Shown here: piece after piece, positions 47,799 to 59,339 of the stretch
Position numbering within the stretch: the stretch's first letter is position 1
Layout: every line of letters starts with the position of its first letter
From: Amphiscolops sp. MND2022
Taxonomy: Eukaryota
Length of the DNA: 64,000 bases
Direction of reading: 5' to 3'
Assembly (NCBI GenBank): GCA_964187785.1
Contig: OZ076414.1
Location: 60,698,001-60,762,000, forward strand
Program-made: the position numbers and the translations under genes
Notes under the pieces: model-generated
Told to the model about the DNA's origin: nothing
The model's database searches: none
What the model saw: the letters and a program-made list of their open reading frames with translations, nothing else

Positions 47799-49481
47799 CT
47801 AAAAATGCAACTGATTGAAGTGGGTCAAACTTTGAGAAGCATCAATGATATTGGTAGTACTTGATAAATCAACGACACTGAACAGGACAGAGTTATTGGG
47901 CTGATGAAAACTCAAGGATACGTTGCTGCTGAACGAGGGTCTCAGGTACTGGTTGTACCCTCTGGTTGTCGGCATGGTGTTAGCCGGTGCCCATTGTTGT
48001 TGTTGCTGCTGTCTGGGAGGGTTAACCCCGCTCCTTCTGAGGTCAGTGGCAGCAACAACGGTCGCGGCAGCAGCTAAAGCATCGTTTGATACAAAGCTGA
48101 ATGGTGAAGAGTTCGAACAGAAAGGGTTGCTACTGTTGCTCGCGTTATTTCTCATTTCGTTCATGACTTGAAAAGGGTTGGCTGGTAAAAATGATAAATG
48201 TGGAGCCAGAATATTAGTTGCTGGTTGTGCAGCTGTGGCTCTCTGGTCGAATGAGTTCCCAAGATTCAGGGGTATCGAAGGAGCATGAGTTGCTACCCTG
48301 GGGTTCACGTGTGCACTGGGCAACAGATTTGCTGTCATGCTGGTATTTTGAGGTAGAATTGAAGCTGCGGCTGAGTTGTGAAGACCAGCGTTGGCTAGAA
48401 CTTGTAGAGATAATGAATAGCTGGACAAAGATGTGACTTCTCTGGGCTGAGACGCTACTGAACTGACTCCGTTCAATCTGAGGTCATTGGCAGTCGCTTG
48501 CACCGGATTGAATTGTCCGAACTGCAAGATCCCAGGAGCCATGGGTAAGGCGCCAGGAGTCTCGAAGTTACCAGCCCACCTATTTTCTCTACTGCTGTTG
48601 TAGCCAAGCATCCGCTGAATATCAACATGGGCTTGTGGAAGAATAGTAGCAAAAGGAAACGAAGCCGAGCGGAATAGCAAATCTTGAACCTGCTGAGCAG
48701 CTCTGAACGCAATGTTTTGATTGGCATTAGCGGAAGCTCCGAAATCGTAGCGTACAAAAGGTTCTCCCAACTGTCGATGTCTATTCCGGGAGTGAAAAGG
48801 ACCCCGATAGTGCCTATACCGGGATCTATTCGGGAACGACGAGTCAGGATTTCTATGGTTGGGAAATGACCTGTACTGTGAAAGATTTCTATGTTGACCC
48901 TGTGTTGTGTTACCCGTTGCACGGTTTCCTTCATTTAGACCAGCTGCAGATGAAGCATGAGTCTCTAACTCTGAAAGAGTGGCTGTGATCCGTTGAGAAA
49001 TTCTCCGCTTAAACTCGTCTATTGTTAAGCCGTCTTCGAGCATGATAATGTTGCTCTTTCTATCATCTACTTCGTCAATATTATTTCCAGACCTGAAGCC
49101 AAGTTCTTCCTTCATAGTAGCTGATAGTCCTTCACTCAGGATCTGAATTTCCTTCGATAAATCAGAGCATTTTTTGAAAGCTGTAGGTTCGCATCGGCAC
49201 AAGGGACATGTAAGTTGGCGATTCATCCATTCACTAATGCATCGCTTGCAATACGTGTGCTTACAAGGTAACAGAGAGAACGGAATGTAGAAAACAAACG
49301 AGCATATACTGCACTGCATGTCTTCAGCTTTGGCGGAAAGATCATCGTCAGGCGCATCCAAGTGCGCACTGGTTAAACCTTCCAGCTTTCTCCGAATTCG
49401 CTTCCGCTCCAGTACCTTCAGCGACTCAAAATGAACAGCCCCATTGTTAAGACGAGTTTTGCTGCGGGTAACTGGCGCCAT
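47799..49481 (-). CDS. Single-exon C3HC4 RING-finger protein (RNF8/CHFR-like RING), probable E3 ligase with long low-complexity C-terminus, 560 aa
   Basis: Uninterrupted 1683-nt ORF. RING: CSIC...LLPCKHTYCKRCISEWMNRQLTCPLCR. The remainder is Arg-rich then A/S/N/Q-rich. An in-frame upstream acceptor means an additional upstream exon cannot be excluded. Confidence 0.85.
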   Translation of the reverse strand: MAPVTRSKTRLNNGAVHFESLKVLERKRIRRKLEGLTSAHLDAPDDDLSAKAEDMQCSICSFVFYIPFSLLPCKHTYCKRCISEWMNRQLTCPLCRCEPTAFKKCSDLSKEIQILSEGLSATMKEELGFRSGNNIDEVDDRKSNIIMLEDGLTIDEFKRRISQRITATLSELETHASSAAGLNEGNRATGNTTQGQHRNLSQYRSFPNHRNPDSSFPNRSRYRHYRGPFHSRNRHRQLGEPFVRYDFGASANANQNIAFRAAQQVQDLLFRSASFPFATILPQAHVDIQRMLGYNSSRENRWAGNFETPGALPMAPGILQFGQFNPVQATANDLRLNGVSSVASQPREVTSLSSYSLSLQVLANAGLHNSAAASILPQNTSMTANLLPSAHVNPRVATHAPSIPLNLGNSFDQRATAAQPATNILAPHLSFLPANPFQVMNEMRNNASNSSNPFCSNSSPFSFVSNDALAAAATVVAATDLRRSGVNPPRQQQQQQWAPANTMPTTRGYNQYLRPSFSSNVSLSFHQPNNSVLFSVVDLSSTTNIIDASQSLTHFNQLHF

Positions 49482-49966
49482 TATTGTTGCCTGAAAAAAA
49501 TTGATGAATCAATAGACGTGTATCAAAAATTCAGAAAGATTTTGATCTCAAATATTAATTGATTTCTGATGACTCCAAGAGCCACTTGCCCAAATTTCAG
49601 TAGGAAACACGGAATCATCAGCTATTTTAGAGTCGCGTTTATCATGAACAAACAGTGTTCTAGGGATTGTGAGCGACAGAGATGCGTTAGAAGAAATTTA
49701 TTACATATAGCTTATTTTTTAAAAACTTCTATATCATTGCAGTTTTTAAAAATTTTTCTACCGGTCGACTGCGATAGTGGCTGGTATGAGTAGTTTGTTG
49801 GTTTTTTTTGTTACAAATTTCACAACAAATTTAGACTTCGTAGGGTGCAGTCGGTTAAAATTGCTTTCTTATTTCACTCTATTACCATATTTAGCTGTCA
49901 ATCTATCTACTTTTATTGATCTTTCATTTTCTTGTTTGTCAACAAAAGTTTTATCACTCATTTTGT

Positions 49967-50316
49967 GGGTGGGCGGAAATAGGTCGAAGGAACGGGATCG
50001 AAAATCAGAGTTAGTCCTCAGGTCGACAATACCAAATTTTTGAATGGGATCGAAACAACTCGGATCGAAATTTTTATAACGTAGTCAGATATGTTCACAT
50101 ACCCCTAGTGCCCTGAATGCAGGAGCGAAGCGAAGCGCAGCGACGTGCCATATGGCCATGCCTCAATGTTGCTAGTTGGCGAAGGGAGCGAAGCGACCGA
50201 GCCATACAACAAATACGATAAAATTCGACCGCATTCCATTCGATCCCTGTAATTCGATCAAAAGGTTCGACCTCAGTCCTTTCGACCAGAAAAATTCGAC
50301 CTATTTACAGCCACCC
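49967..50316. mobile_element. ~350-bp TIR MITE inserted in the LINE 5' UTR
   Basis: gggtgggcggaaataggtcgaa ... ttcgacctatttacagccaccc, flanked by tcattttgt on both sides (8-9 bp TSD). Confidence 0.8.
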
Positions 50317-51511
50317 TCATTTTGTTTGTCAACAACTACTGATATACTGTTAAATTATACACCTTCAACACTGTTAAACAATGGAAAATATGATCAATTT
50401 CGAAACGTTCAAGAAACTAAACACGGAAGAAAAATTCAACCTATTCGAAAAAGTTTACCAACAAAACGTCAAACTCAACAATTTACTTGAAAATGTTACG
50501 ATGAGGCTGGATACCCATGAGAAAAGATTGAATGACATATTACGCAATCAAGAAACCAACCAAGTGAATAATCCCAACAATGTAACAGAAATCAAAGACA
50601 ATCAACAACAACCAATACAAATTCGTTCATTTCGATCTCACTTGCTGAATCCAGAAACGGAAAACCTTATTATTGGATCGAGCATCATCAGTAGAATAAA
50701 TCAGAACGACCTTCCTCGTGATGTGGCTATCCATGCTTATCCAGGATCAACGACTGAAGAAAAGGCTGGAATACTGGACTCATACGAAAACAAACAACTA
50801 CGGACGATAACCCTCCAGGATGGAACAAATAGCCTGCTAAAGCAGAGAAGTATCAATGTGAAAAATCATTTCGAAAAACAGAAACTGTTAGTTGAGAAAT
50901 TATCTTCGAAATTTTAGCTGCAGAAACTTTTCATTTGCGAAATTCCACCGGTAAAAAATGATGATACTGTCAATGAGCAAATTCGAAATTTCAATAATCT
51001 ATTGAATAACGAATATCATGATAATCCAGCGATTGAAATAATCAATTTACACGAACGAATATGTGCTGTTAATAATTCAAACAATCCTTTTTTCGACAAA
51101 ATACATTTCAATTATAAATATGGGTTGCCTTTGATAAAGTTTTCCTTACTCTCACATATTTTGAAATACTCAAACAATGTACCTCGTGAACAACTGGTTC
51201 AAAAGAGAAATTATTGGAATTATCCGAGATCATTCAATTATCAGAGAAACTTCAACTGATAATTTTCCATTTGTTCAGTGTTGAGGATGTCTGATGAATA
51301 TTCATACATGCAGTTTAGGTTTCTCTGTACCATGCTGCATTTTCTCTTTGCTCTACTTAGAGCTAATACTGTTAGCATAAATTCCTTGAATATTGCTGAA
51401 ACCTACTCTTTGTTGAGGTCATCTTCTATTCATGGAAGAAATAAATTTGGGTACTTTTATGAAAATCCAGAGATCCTAAAACTTGTGCTTCTTCTACTTT
51501 TGTTGTCTGGA

Positions 51512-51535
51512 GATATCGAGCGTAACCCGGGCCCT
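51512..51535 (+). other. 2A-like (StopGo) ribosome-skipping motif DIERNPG|P
   Basis: LKLVLLLLLLSGDIERNPGP in frame at the start of LINE ORF2; matches consensus D(V/I)ExNPGP exactly. Confidence 0.85.
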
Positions 51536-54533
51536 GTCATGACTTACACACAAACTCTGCGAACCATTCAGAATAAGGAAAATTACCTGAAATATGTACA
51601 TCTGAACTTTCAAGATATTCGAAAGAAACAAAATGGCTTAAAAAATTTAAGCAATGATCTTGGCCTAAACACAGTTCTAGCTATAACTGAAACATGGTTG
51701 ATCGAAAAAGATGAATATAAACAAAAGAATTACCCGAACTAAACTTGTGCGATACGGAACTGTTTGAATCATTATGGGTTGAACTTAAACGACCCCAAGT
51801 CGCCTCTCATGTGAACAAAGTTTTATTAAATGTTTCGTACAACCCTCAAAAATCCTTTTCTGGCCTTTTTCGTGAAAGTTTATCTAAACGTATTGAAGTG
51901 GCTATGCTTAAGACAACCAACATTGTTTTGATGGTTGATTATAACATAGTTTACTTGAATCAATCTGAACAAAATCACCTTGACTCGGTCCTAAATCATT
52001 TTGCACTAAATGTTTGTTTCCCAACGATTCCAACAAGAGTAGGCAAAACCTCTGAAACTCACATCGATTATATAATAATGGAAAATGTTCAAAACTCATT
52101 TGTGTTTGACATACTCTTCAAAACAGACCATTTCGCTTCAATACTTTTTAGTAGTGAGAAAATGAGAGATAGAAAACCAATAGAAAAAATAATTTTTGAT
52201 AAATCCAGGTTCAATAGGGATGAATTTCGCACAACTTTAAGATCTCTGGATTGGGACCTAATGTATAATCAATGTAATGCCGATTCTATGTTGTACACTT
52301 TTATTTCTCTATTAAGTGGAGCTTTAAAGCAGCACGCTCCTTTAAAGAAAGTTTTTATCCGTACTCAAAAATCAGAAAAACACCATAAATTAGAATGGTT
52401 CGACGATGGATGTAAATGCCTGCTACAAAAAAGAACAATAGCTCTTAAACGTTACCAACGCCAAACTTCTGCAATAAATTGGGAGAAATACAAAACATTG
52501 AGAGCAGAGTTTTCGGAACTAATAGCTAAAAAGCAATCTAATTACAGCTTGAACGTATTGGAAACCTTCAAATCGTCCAGAAAAACATGGAATTTTATCA
52601 ACAAAAAATGAAAACTCGCGAATATCGGCACTAATGAATTCTTTCGGAGATTTAATTACCGAAGACAAAAAGATTGCGAACCTACTGAACTATACATTTT
52701 CACACCTAGGTGATTACTACGGAAGAAAATTACCAAATAACATCGAAAGCAAAACTACACCTAAATTGTTTAGTTTCCGACCAACCACCATCAAAGAAGT
52801 CTTCGATGCAGTAAAATCGTTGAAAATCAATAAACCCCTAGGACCATGCTCGATACCAGCATGGGCTATTAAAGACGGAATGACTGAAATTGTACCACAT
52901 CTCACAATGGTTATAAATGAATACATTAAAGAACAAAAATTTCCCTCAATTTTGAAGAAAGGTCTCATTACACCTTTATATAAAAAAGATGACCCACTAA
53001 ACCCTTTGAACTACAGACCCATTACAAGAACGAGCAGTTTGTCAAAAATATTTGAAAAACTTTTGCATAAACAAATTAATCAATACCTATCATCTAATAA
53101 ACTTCTGTCTCCTCTTCAATTTGGCTTCCGTGAGAAAATATCAACTTAAGATGCTCTCATTTATTTCACCGAATCGATCCGTAAACATGTTGACGAAAAC
53201 GATACTATTTATTCAGTATGTATAGATCTTTCAAAAGCATTTGACTCCGTCTCCCATCAAATTTTGTTGGAAAAATTGAACTTAATAGGCATCAGTGATG
53301 ATGCTTTGGAACTAATTTTTAGCTTTTTATCACACAGAAGCCAACAAGTTGTCATCAATAATACGGTATCCGACATCACCGAAACATATCAAGGTGTACC
53401 ACAAGGAACAGTACTTGGACCATTACTTTTTAACATCTACATAAACGATATTACAAAATACATCTCGGAAGAGTGCAGAATTATCCAATACGCCGATGAC
53501 TGTTTGATATACTCAGCGAATCCAAAACCTGACATTGCATTTGAGAATTTACAAATCTGTCTTGAAAAACTAGAAAATTATTTTCGGTCAAATCAGTTAA
53601 CCCTGAATGCTTCTAAAACAGAATTCATACGTTTCTCAACACCAAAAATAACCGTATCCAATAGTCAACTTATAGTTGCTGGTTCCAATATAAAACTTAG
53701 GAATGAAGTAAAGTATTTAGGTATTATCATTGACAATAAACTAACTTTCGAATATCAAGTTAAAAGTGTGCTTAAAAAATGGCCCTTGGCATAAAAGCAA
53801 TTCAAACAATACGCAACAACCTACCCAAAAAATGTTTAAAAGTGCTGCTTCATGCTCTTGTCCTAAGTCATTTTGAATATTGTAACCTTCTTTTAACGGA
53901 CATCAGTAGTGCTCTTTTACTTTCTTTAAAGAAACAACTGAATTGGGCTCTTGGAACAGTGTTCTACAGATCTAGAAACAAATGCTCAACCTCTTGGAGA
54001 ATATCTGAAGAACTTTTAAGTATGAAACAAAGAATTGACTTGAAATCATTTGACTTATTATATTCGATTCTCAAAAACGAAAGGTCAGCTTTTCAGAATC
54101 ATCTTAAACTCCCAACAATGAGTTTTCGAATTAATGAAAGAAACAAAAAAATAATATTGAAAGAGCCTGGTTCCAGTAGGTTTCTTCATGGATCCTTTTT
54201 TTATACCTGTGTGAGAAGTTGGAATTCCTTACCCACTGAACTGAGAACAATCAAATACAAGAGAGAAAAATGGAAGAAACTTATCAAAGAACACATGCTA
54301 CAACTTTACAAAGATTGTCCAACTTTTTATAAGAACCATATTTGGCACGGCTTCCAACTTCTCCAATAGTTCAAAAGTGCTATTTTATTTTAACTTCATT
54401 TTAATTACTACGCCTACTGTACCAAATAAGTTGTTTCTTTTTTATAAGGTATAGTAATTAAGCGTCTTTCTCTCTCTCTCTCTCTTGTTACTGGTCTACT
54501 GGGATAGTGGCTGGTATGGGGTTCCCTACTTTC

Positions 54534-54873
54534 GGGTGGGCGGAAGTAGGTCGAAGGAACGGGATCGAAAATCAGAGTTAGTCCTCAGGTTGACATACCA
54601 AACTTTTGAATGGGATCGAAACAACTCGGATCGAAATTTTTATAACGTAGTCAGATATGTTCACATACCCCTAGTGCCTTGAATGCAGGAGCGAAGCGAC
54701 CTGCCATATGGCCATGCCTCAATGTTGCTACTTAGCGAAGGGAGCGAAGCGAGCGAGCCATACAACAAATATGATAAAATTCGACCACATTCCATTCGAT
54801 CCCTGCAATTCGATCAAAAGGTTCGACCTCTGTCCTTTCGACCAGAAAAATTCGACCTATTTACAGCCACCCT
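54534..54873. mobile_element. Second copy of the 49967-50316 MITE, same orientation, no visible TSD
   Basis: Colinear with the first copy along its length, with small indels. Confidence 0.8.
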
Positions 54874-55889
54874 GGCACACGTAGTCTTTTGCTGATGCTC
54901 TGTGTTTGGAGGGTCCTCTCACCTTTAGGAATACCTTTGGAGCAGAGGTGTGACAGCGATAGCGTTAGCGACAATTTAGCATGAATTAGTGGTAGCGATA
55001 GTTTTCGACAAATAAAAGCGTTAGCGAACACTTTTGTTCGCTAGAAGAATTCAAAATTAACTAATGTAATAATTTAATAGACGGCCAAAAAAAACATTTG
55101 ACATTGCTAAGTATTCGAAAACCTTGAGTCGATCTCATTATCGTTGACCTTCTTTCTTCGATCTCAGTCACAGTATGCATATTCGCGCAAACTCATTCGA
55201 TCCAATCGCCCACCGCCCGTTTTCGTCTCATTTTCAGCGAGTTTCATAATTGCGAGGTAAGTTCTTCGTTTTTCATGATTCAGTAGAGTTCCGCGATACG
55301 TAGGTGATTGTCGACTGACTTCTGTTCGTATTTCAGGTACATGGAACATATTGGAACAAACACTCCTAGTGAAAGCTGGTGAACTTTAATGGGTATACAG
55401 GGCCTTGATATAAGGCAGTTAATTCCCTCTACTTGTATGCACGGCGAACTTCAATAGTTTAAAAACGGAAACATTCATGATTTGACTTCTTTCGAACAAC
55501 TCGTCAGGATATCTTCGGTTTTCAAAAAACAGAATACAGGGACGTTTTTCTTGAACAAGAAATATATCATTCAGAAATTTTGCCCCGAAAAAGTCTGTAT
55601 TGAATCATAGGTTTTATGTATGTGTTGTAAAATCAATCAATAAAGAACTACGTGTGAAATGTCTCAGACGGTTCTTACCAGATATATTTAGCTAGTTAAC
55701 TCAATATTTATTGGACATGGAACACGTAAGTTATGTTTCTATCAAGGAGGCTACCCAGATTTTTGACGTTTTGAGTACAAGTTATATCAGTCTTTTTAAA
55801 GACTAAGTTGTCAACTTTCCAGTTTAAGAAACGGACAAATTCAGTTCTAGGAATGTTTTGACTGAGTTTATTCATGGCTCACCAAAATG

Positions 55890-56245
55890 GAAGACATAAG
55901 TAGCCAATTTCCAAGTAATCTTAAAGTTCAATTAACTAAAGCTAATTTTCCTCATAAGAACGGTTTTGACCCTGACCACTGTTCAAGAGCGTGTTCAAAC
56001 TCCTATAGCAATGCATCGAGGTTACTACAACCCAGCCTCCGAGGATTCGCAAGATTGTTTTGTATCGCTCCGGGTAAAAAACACACAAAACAACTCTGTG
56101 AACAGTTAAGACTCGAATTATGGAATCGCCGACTGAGAATTATTCTGCCCGAATTCCCTCCAATAGAATCGATAGAACAATTGTAACCAAGATCTTTCAG
56201 CAAACATGCTACCAAAGTGAAATTTGAGATGGTCACAAACAAATG
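55890..56245 (+). mobile_element. 3' fragment of the LINE family at 59340-62215
   Basis: Aligns with 61870-62210 (gtagccaatttcca...ctcataagaacggttttgac...caaacatgctaccaaa). Confidence 0.7.
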
Positions 56246-59200
56246 CAATTTATAAGACTTTCAATACCAAATATCAAGCAAATCATTACCACTCTGTATC
56301 TGCAACAACGATGAGACGTCTACGAATTTTATCTTTCAGAGCAGTTTTTACAAATACTTGAGAAAGGTGCACATAAAATTTGGGTCATTTGAAGAACTAG
56401 CAATAAGAAAAAGCTATACTAATATGATTGACCTGGTAGATGTTATGAAAAAAATATGTCCCGTTTTCTTTTACTGCGTGAAAACCAAATTTCACCTGAT
56501 GAAAAACAATCATGATCATTCGTATTGTTCATGTGATATTTGTATAATCATGGCCTGCAAATAGAGGCATTTTTCTTCGAATTTTTATGTATATGACGTA
56601 TCGAGTACAAGTTATTTCAGTCGTTTTGAATACTTAGTTGTCACCGGCCTAATTGTTTTCTTAAACTTATTACACAGCTTATGCAAGTGAACGCATTCGC
56701 TCTTTAAAAGGTCATTTCTGCTTTTCTGGTATAGGGCCCGGTTGTTTTTTGAGTGTCCCTTGTAAAAGGGTTTCAAAACCCGGCCCGATTTGGACCCTCA
56801 TCTATCTTATCAGCTCTGTCACCCGCGAGGAAATAAATCATTTCCAGCTCCTTTCACAAAATCGAAAGTGTTTATTATTACATATTGAAGAGGTTGGTTT
56901 TGCAGGTGTCGCTTTATGTTCCATAGGTTCTTTCAATTTACCAATGGTGTCACGCCAGTGAACTCCACAACCCTAATCACAAAACTCTCTGTGTTACGAC
57001 TACTACACGGGTCGTTGTTTTGAGTAGAGTTTATTCTAACTGATTTTGTAGGAGTGTAGAAAATACTCGTATCATTCTCCGTTTCTTCATCAGCATTTTT
57101 TCTTACGTTTTATCTTGTTTTAGGTTTAAGGAGCTTTAACATCTCTTTCTGAGACTCTACAAGGAGACCCTTGATTTCGGGAAAAATTTCTTTTTGTAAA
57201 GAAGCCCTCAAACTTTCTCAGAAACTACCTTCGATCCTGGGGGATTTTGGTTAAGACGATCCCGCAACACTTACATCCTGGTCTATAGGACAAGAATTTT
57301 CCACTTTAACTGGTGCAACAAAACTTTCACTTACACTATCATAAGCTTCTTGCTGGTTGTTCCTTCTCTTGTGACTCCTTGTTGTCGACATTTTGATGAA
57401 GGAAGACTTGATTCAGATGAATTCAATTTATCTTTTCAGGATTTTTCCAACAAAGTTGAAGGAGGTGAATTGAAACAAACAAGTTGAAGAGCAACTGATT
57501 TTTACAATTAGAAAGGACTGAGTCCCTTAATCATCAAAATGCGTCGTATTTATACCCTCCTAGCATCATTTGATCACGACTATAATCCCAATTTCCTTCA
57601 AACATCTAGTCATTTCCTGTTTTTTTTTGGTGAAAAAATTATTATTGATCCCAAATTTGCGTCGACATTTCGTCAAATTTTAAGACACGGCAATTTTAAT
57701 CTAGCATTAGTCATCAACCATGATCATATCATTTCATTCCGGCGTCTATTTGCTTCCTCCCAAGCAGGAATTAGATATTAAATCAGTCTGTCAAACCGGA
57801 ATTGTTTCCTTGACTTTCTGCTTTGGTTCGTAGGAAAATTGAAGCGGAGATGACGCTGACGTGAACAACTAATACCTGATTTTGAATTTCAACTTGAGAA
57901 ATTATGACTAATTATCTTGATTTAGGCAATTTGATGATGCTAAGAGAGAAAAAAGGATCAGGCTTTCGTTATATGTACCTAATTAAACAAATTAGCACGC
58001 ATAGTCTCTATTTCTAAATAAGTACAATCATCGTCAAACGTAAAAATAACGTCAAATTAGGTCAACTTCAACAGAAACTTTGAACAGTAACAGCAATTCC
58101 AAGCGATAATACACTTGGTTAGAATCCGGACTATGTGATCAAAACAACACTAAATAAAGCGTATCAAAACGATACAAGTGCAGCACTATAAAAATATGGT
58201 TTCATTTCCAAAATATTAAAGCATTTAATTTCTTTGGGACGTCAAGACGACGTTTGTTTGTATTAAATAGCGCCAGGAGTTTACATTGAGTATTACAAAT
58301 TACACATTTGTGAAGTGTTCTTTAGGATAAACTGTGACTTCTATTTTGAATGATGTGGAACAGTTTCATTCAAAATAAGTCCTAATAATAATATCTAAGT
58401 TGGAGATTTATTTGACGACAGTTGGACGATATTTTAAATGTCTTTTCCTTCTATCCTAATTTGATCGAATCTAGGACTGCATGACGCTCCAAGCCTAAAC
58501 CATTAAAACAGCGTTTACTTCATCCTTCTAGTTGGAACCAAGTGGATATTTCGATGGGGTTTGGACGTAACGTGGACGTACGTATTGGTATTAGCCTTAG
58601 TCCATCAGCAAAGTGGACGTGGCGACGTGGCGTGGACGTAAATTTGGAATGAAAATCAGTTATTTACCAGCGCTGAGACGTCATATTGGCGGAATATTGG
58701 AATGATTTCTAATGAGGCCATTAGTATAGGCGGTTAATTGGAATGGTTCTAGTGCACATAGACGAGGCAGTGACGTCAATCCGAATGCCTTCAAATCTTA
58801 TCTGCGTCTTACTGACGACAAATGTACATGTATCTTTATTTCTACCGCCGCCTTCTTTACTTAACGCAATTTTGTCGTATTAAACCACACTAAATGCTGT
58901 TCAAAGTGCACTTAAGCTGCCTTTCTTAGAAAAGGCTTAATTTTCTCGGCGTGCCATCTCAATGTATCTTCTATTTTAGATCTGATTGATGTTTTTTTGG
59001 AGCTGATTATGGATATGTTTTCATTTAGATTAGCTTATGATCTCATTATTTTAAAACGTGTTTTAATTTAGTTTTCAGGTAGCGAATGTTACTATTTTGG
59101 CGGGACTGAAGCCTCTTACCGGAAGTGCTTGAAAAATCATTTTAGTTCATTTGTCCTCTGTAACTAATTTCGTTTGAAAATTCCGTTGAGTATGTTTTGC

Positions 59201-59339
59201 GTTTTAAGTCACAGTTTATTTTGGTAATGGACATTAATTTAAAGTTTTATGACAGTTAGCATTTCGGGAAGTGCAGGTTGCAGCCTTGCCCTCTTCCGAT
59301 TTCTATGCGTCTGCAGGAGCATCCCGAGCCGGGAGCAGG

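Larger units (their letters stand above)
49789..54488 (+). mobile_element. Near full-length, disrupted L2/CR1-group LINE (ORF1 SGNH; ORF2 2A-APE-RT)
   Basis: ORF1 50381-51259 has one in-frame TAG. ORF2 ~51278-54369 contains AITETWL, YRPIT, IDLSKAFD, GVPQGTVLGPLLF and QYADD, with several stops and frameshifts. (TC)8 tail; flanked by a 30-bp near-direct repeat. Confidence 0.9.

Noticed and set aside
47923-48934. Overlapping ORFs on both strands inside the RING gene
   Set aside because: These are expected shadow frames of a GC-richer coding exon. The same applies to ORFs antisense to USP and HBS1L exons.
826-49481. Functional cluster of an E3 ligase, ribosome-rescue GTPase and DUB
   Set aside because: Three adjacent genes with loosely related functions is compatible with chance, and there is no synteny evidence in the window.
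56700-57500. Possible decayed minus-strand coding sequence
   Set aside because: Frames are repeatedly broken and I recognise no motif.
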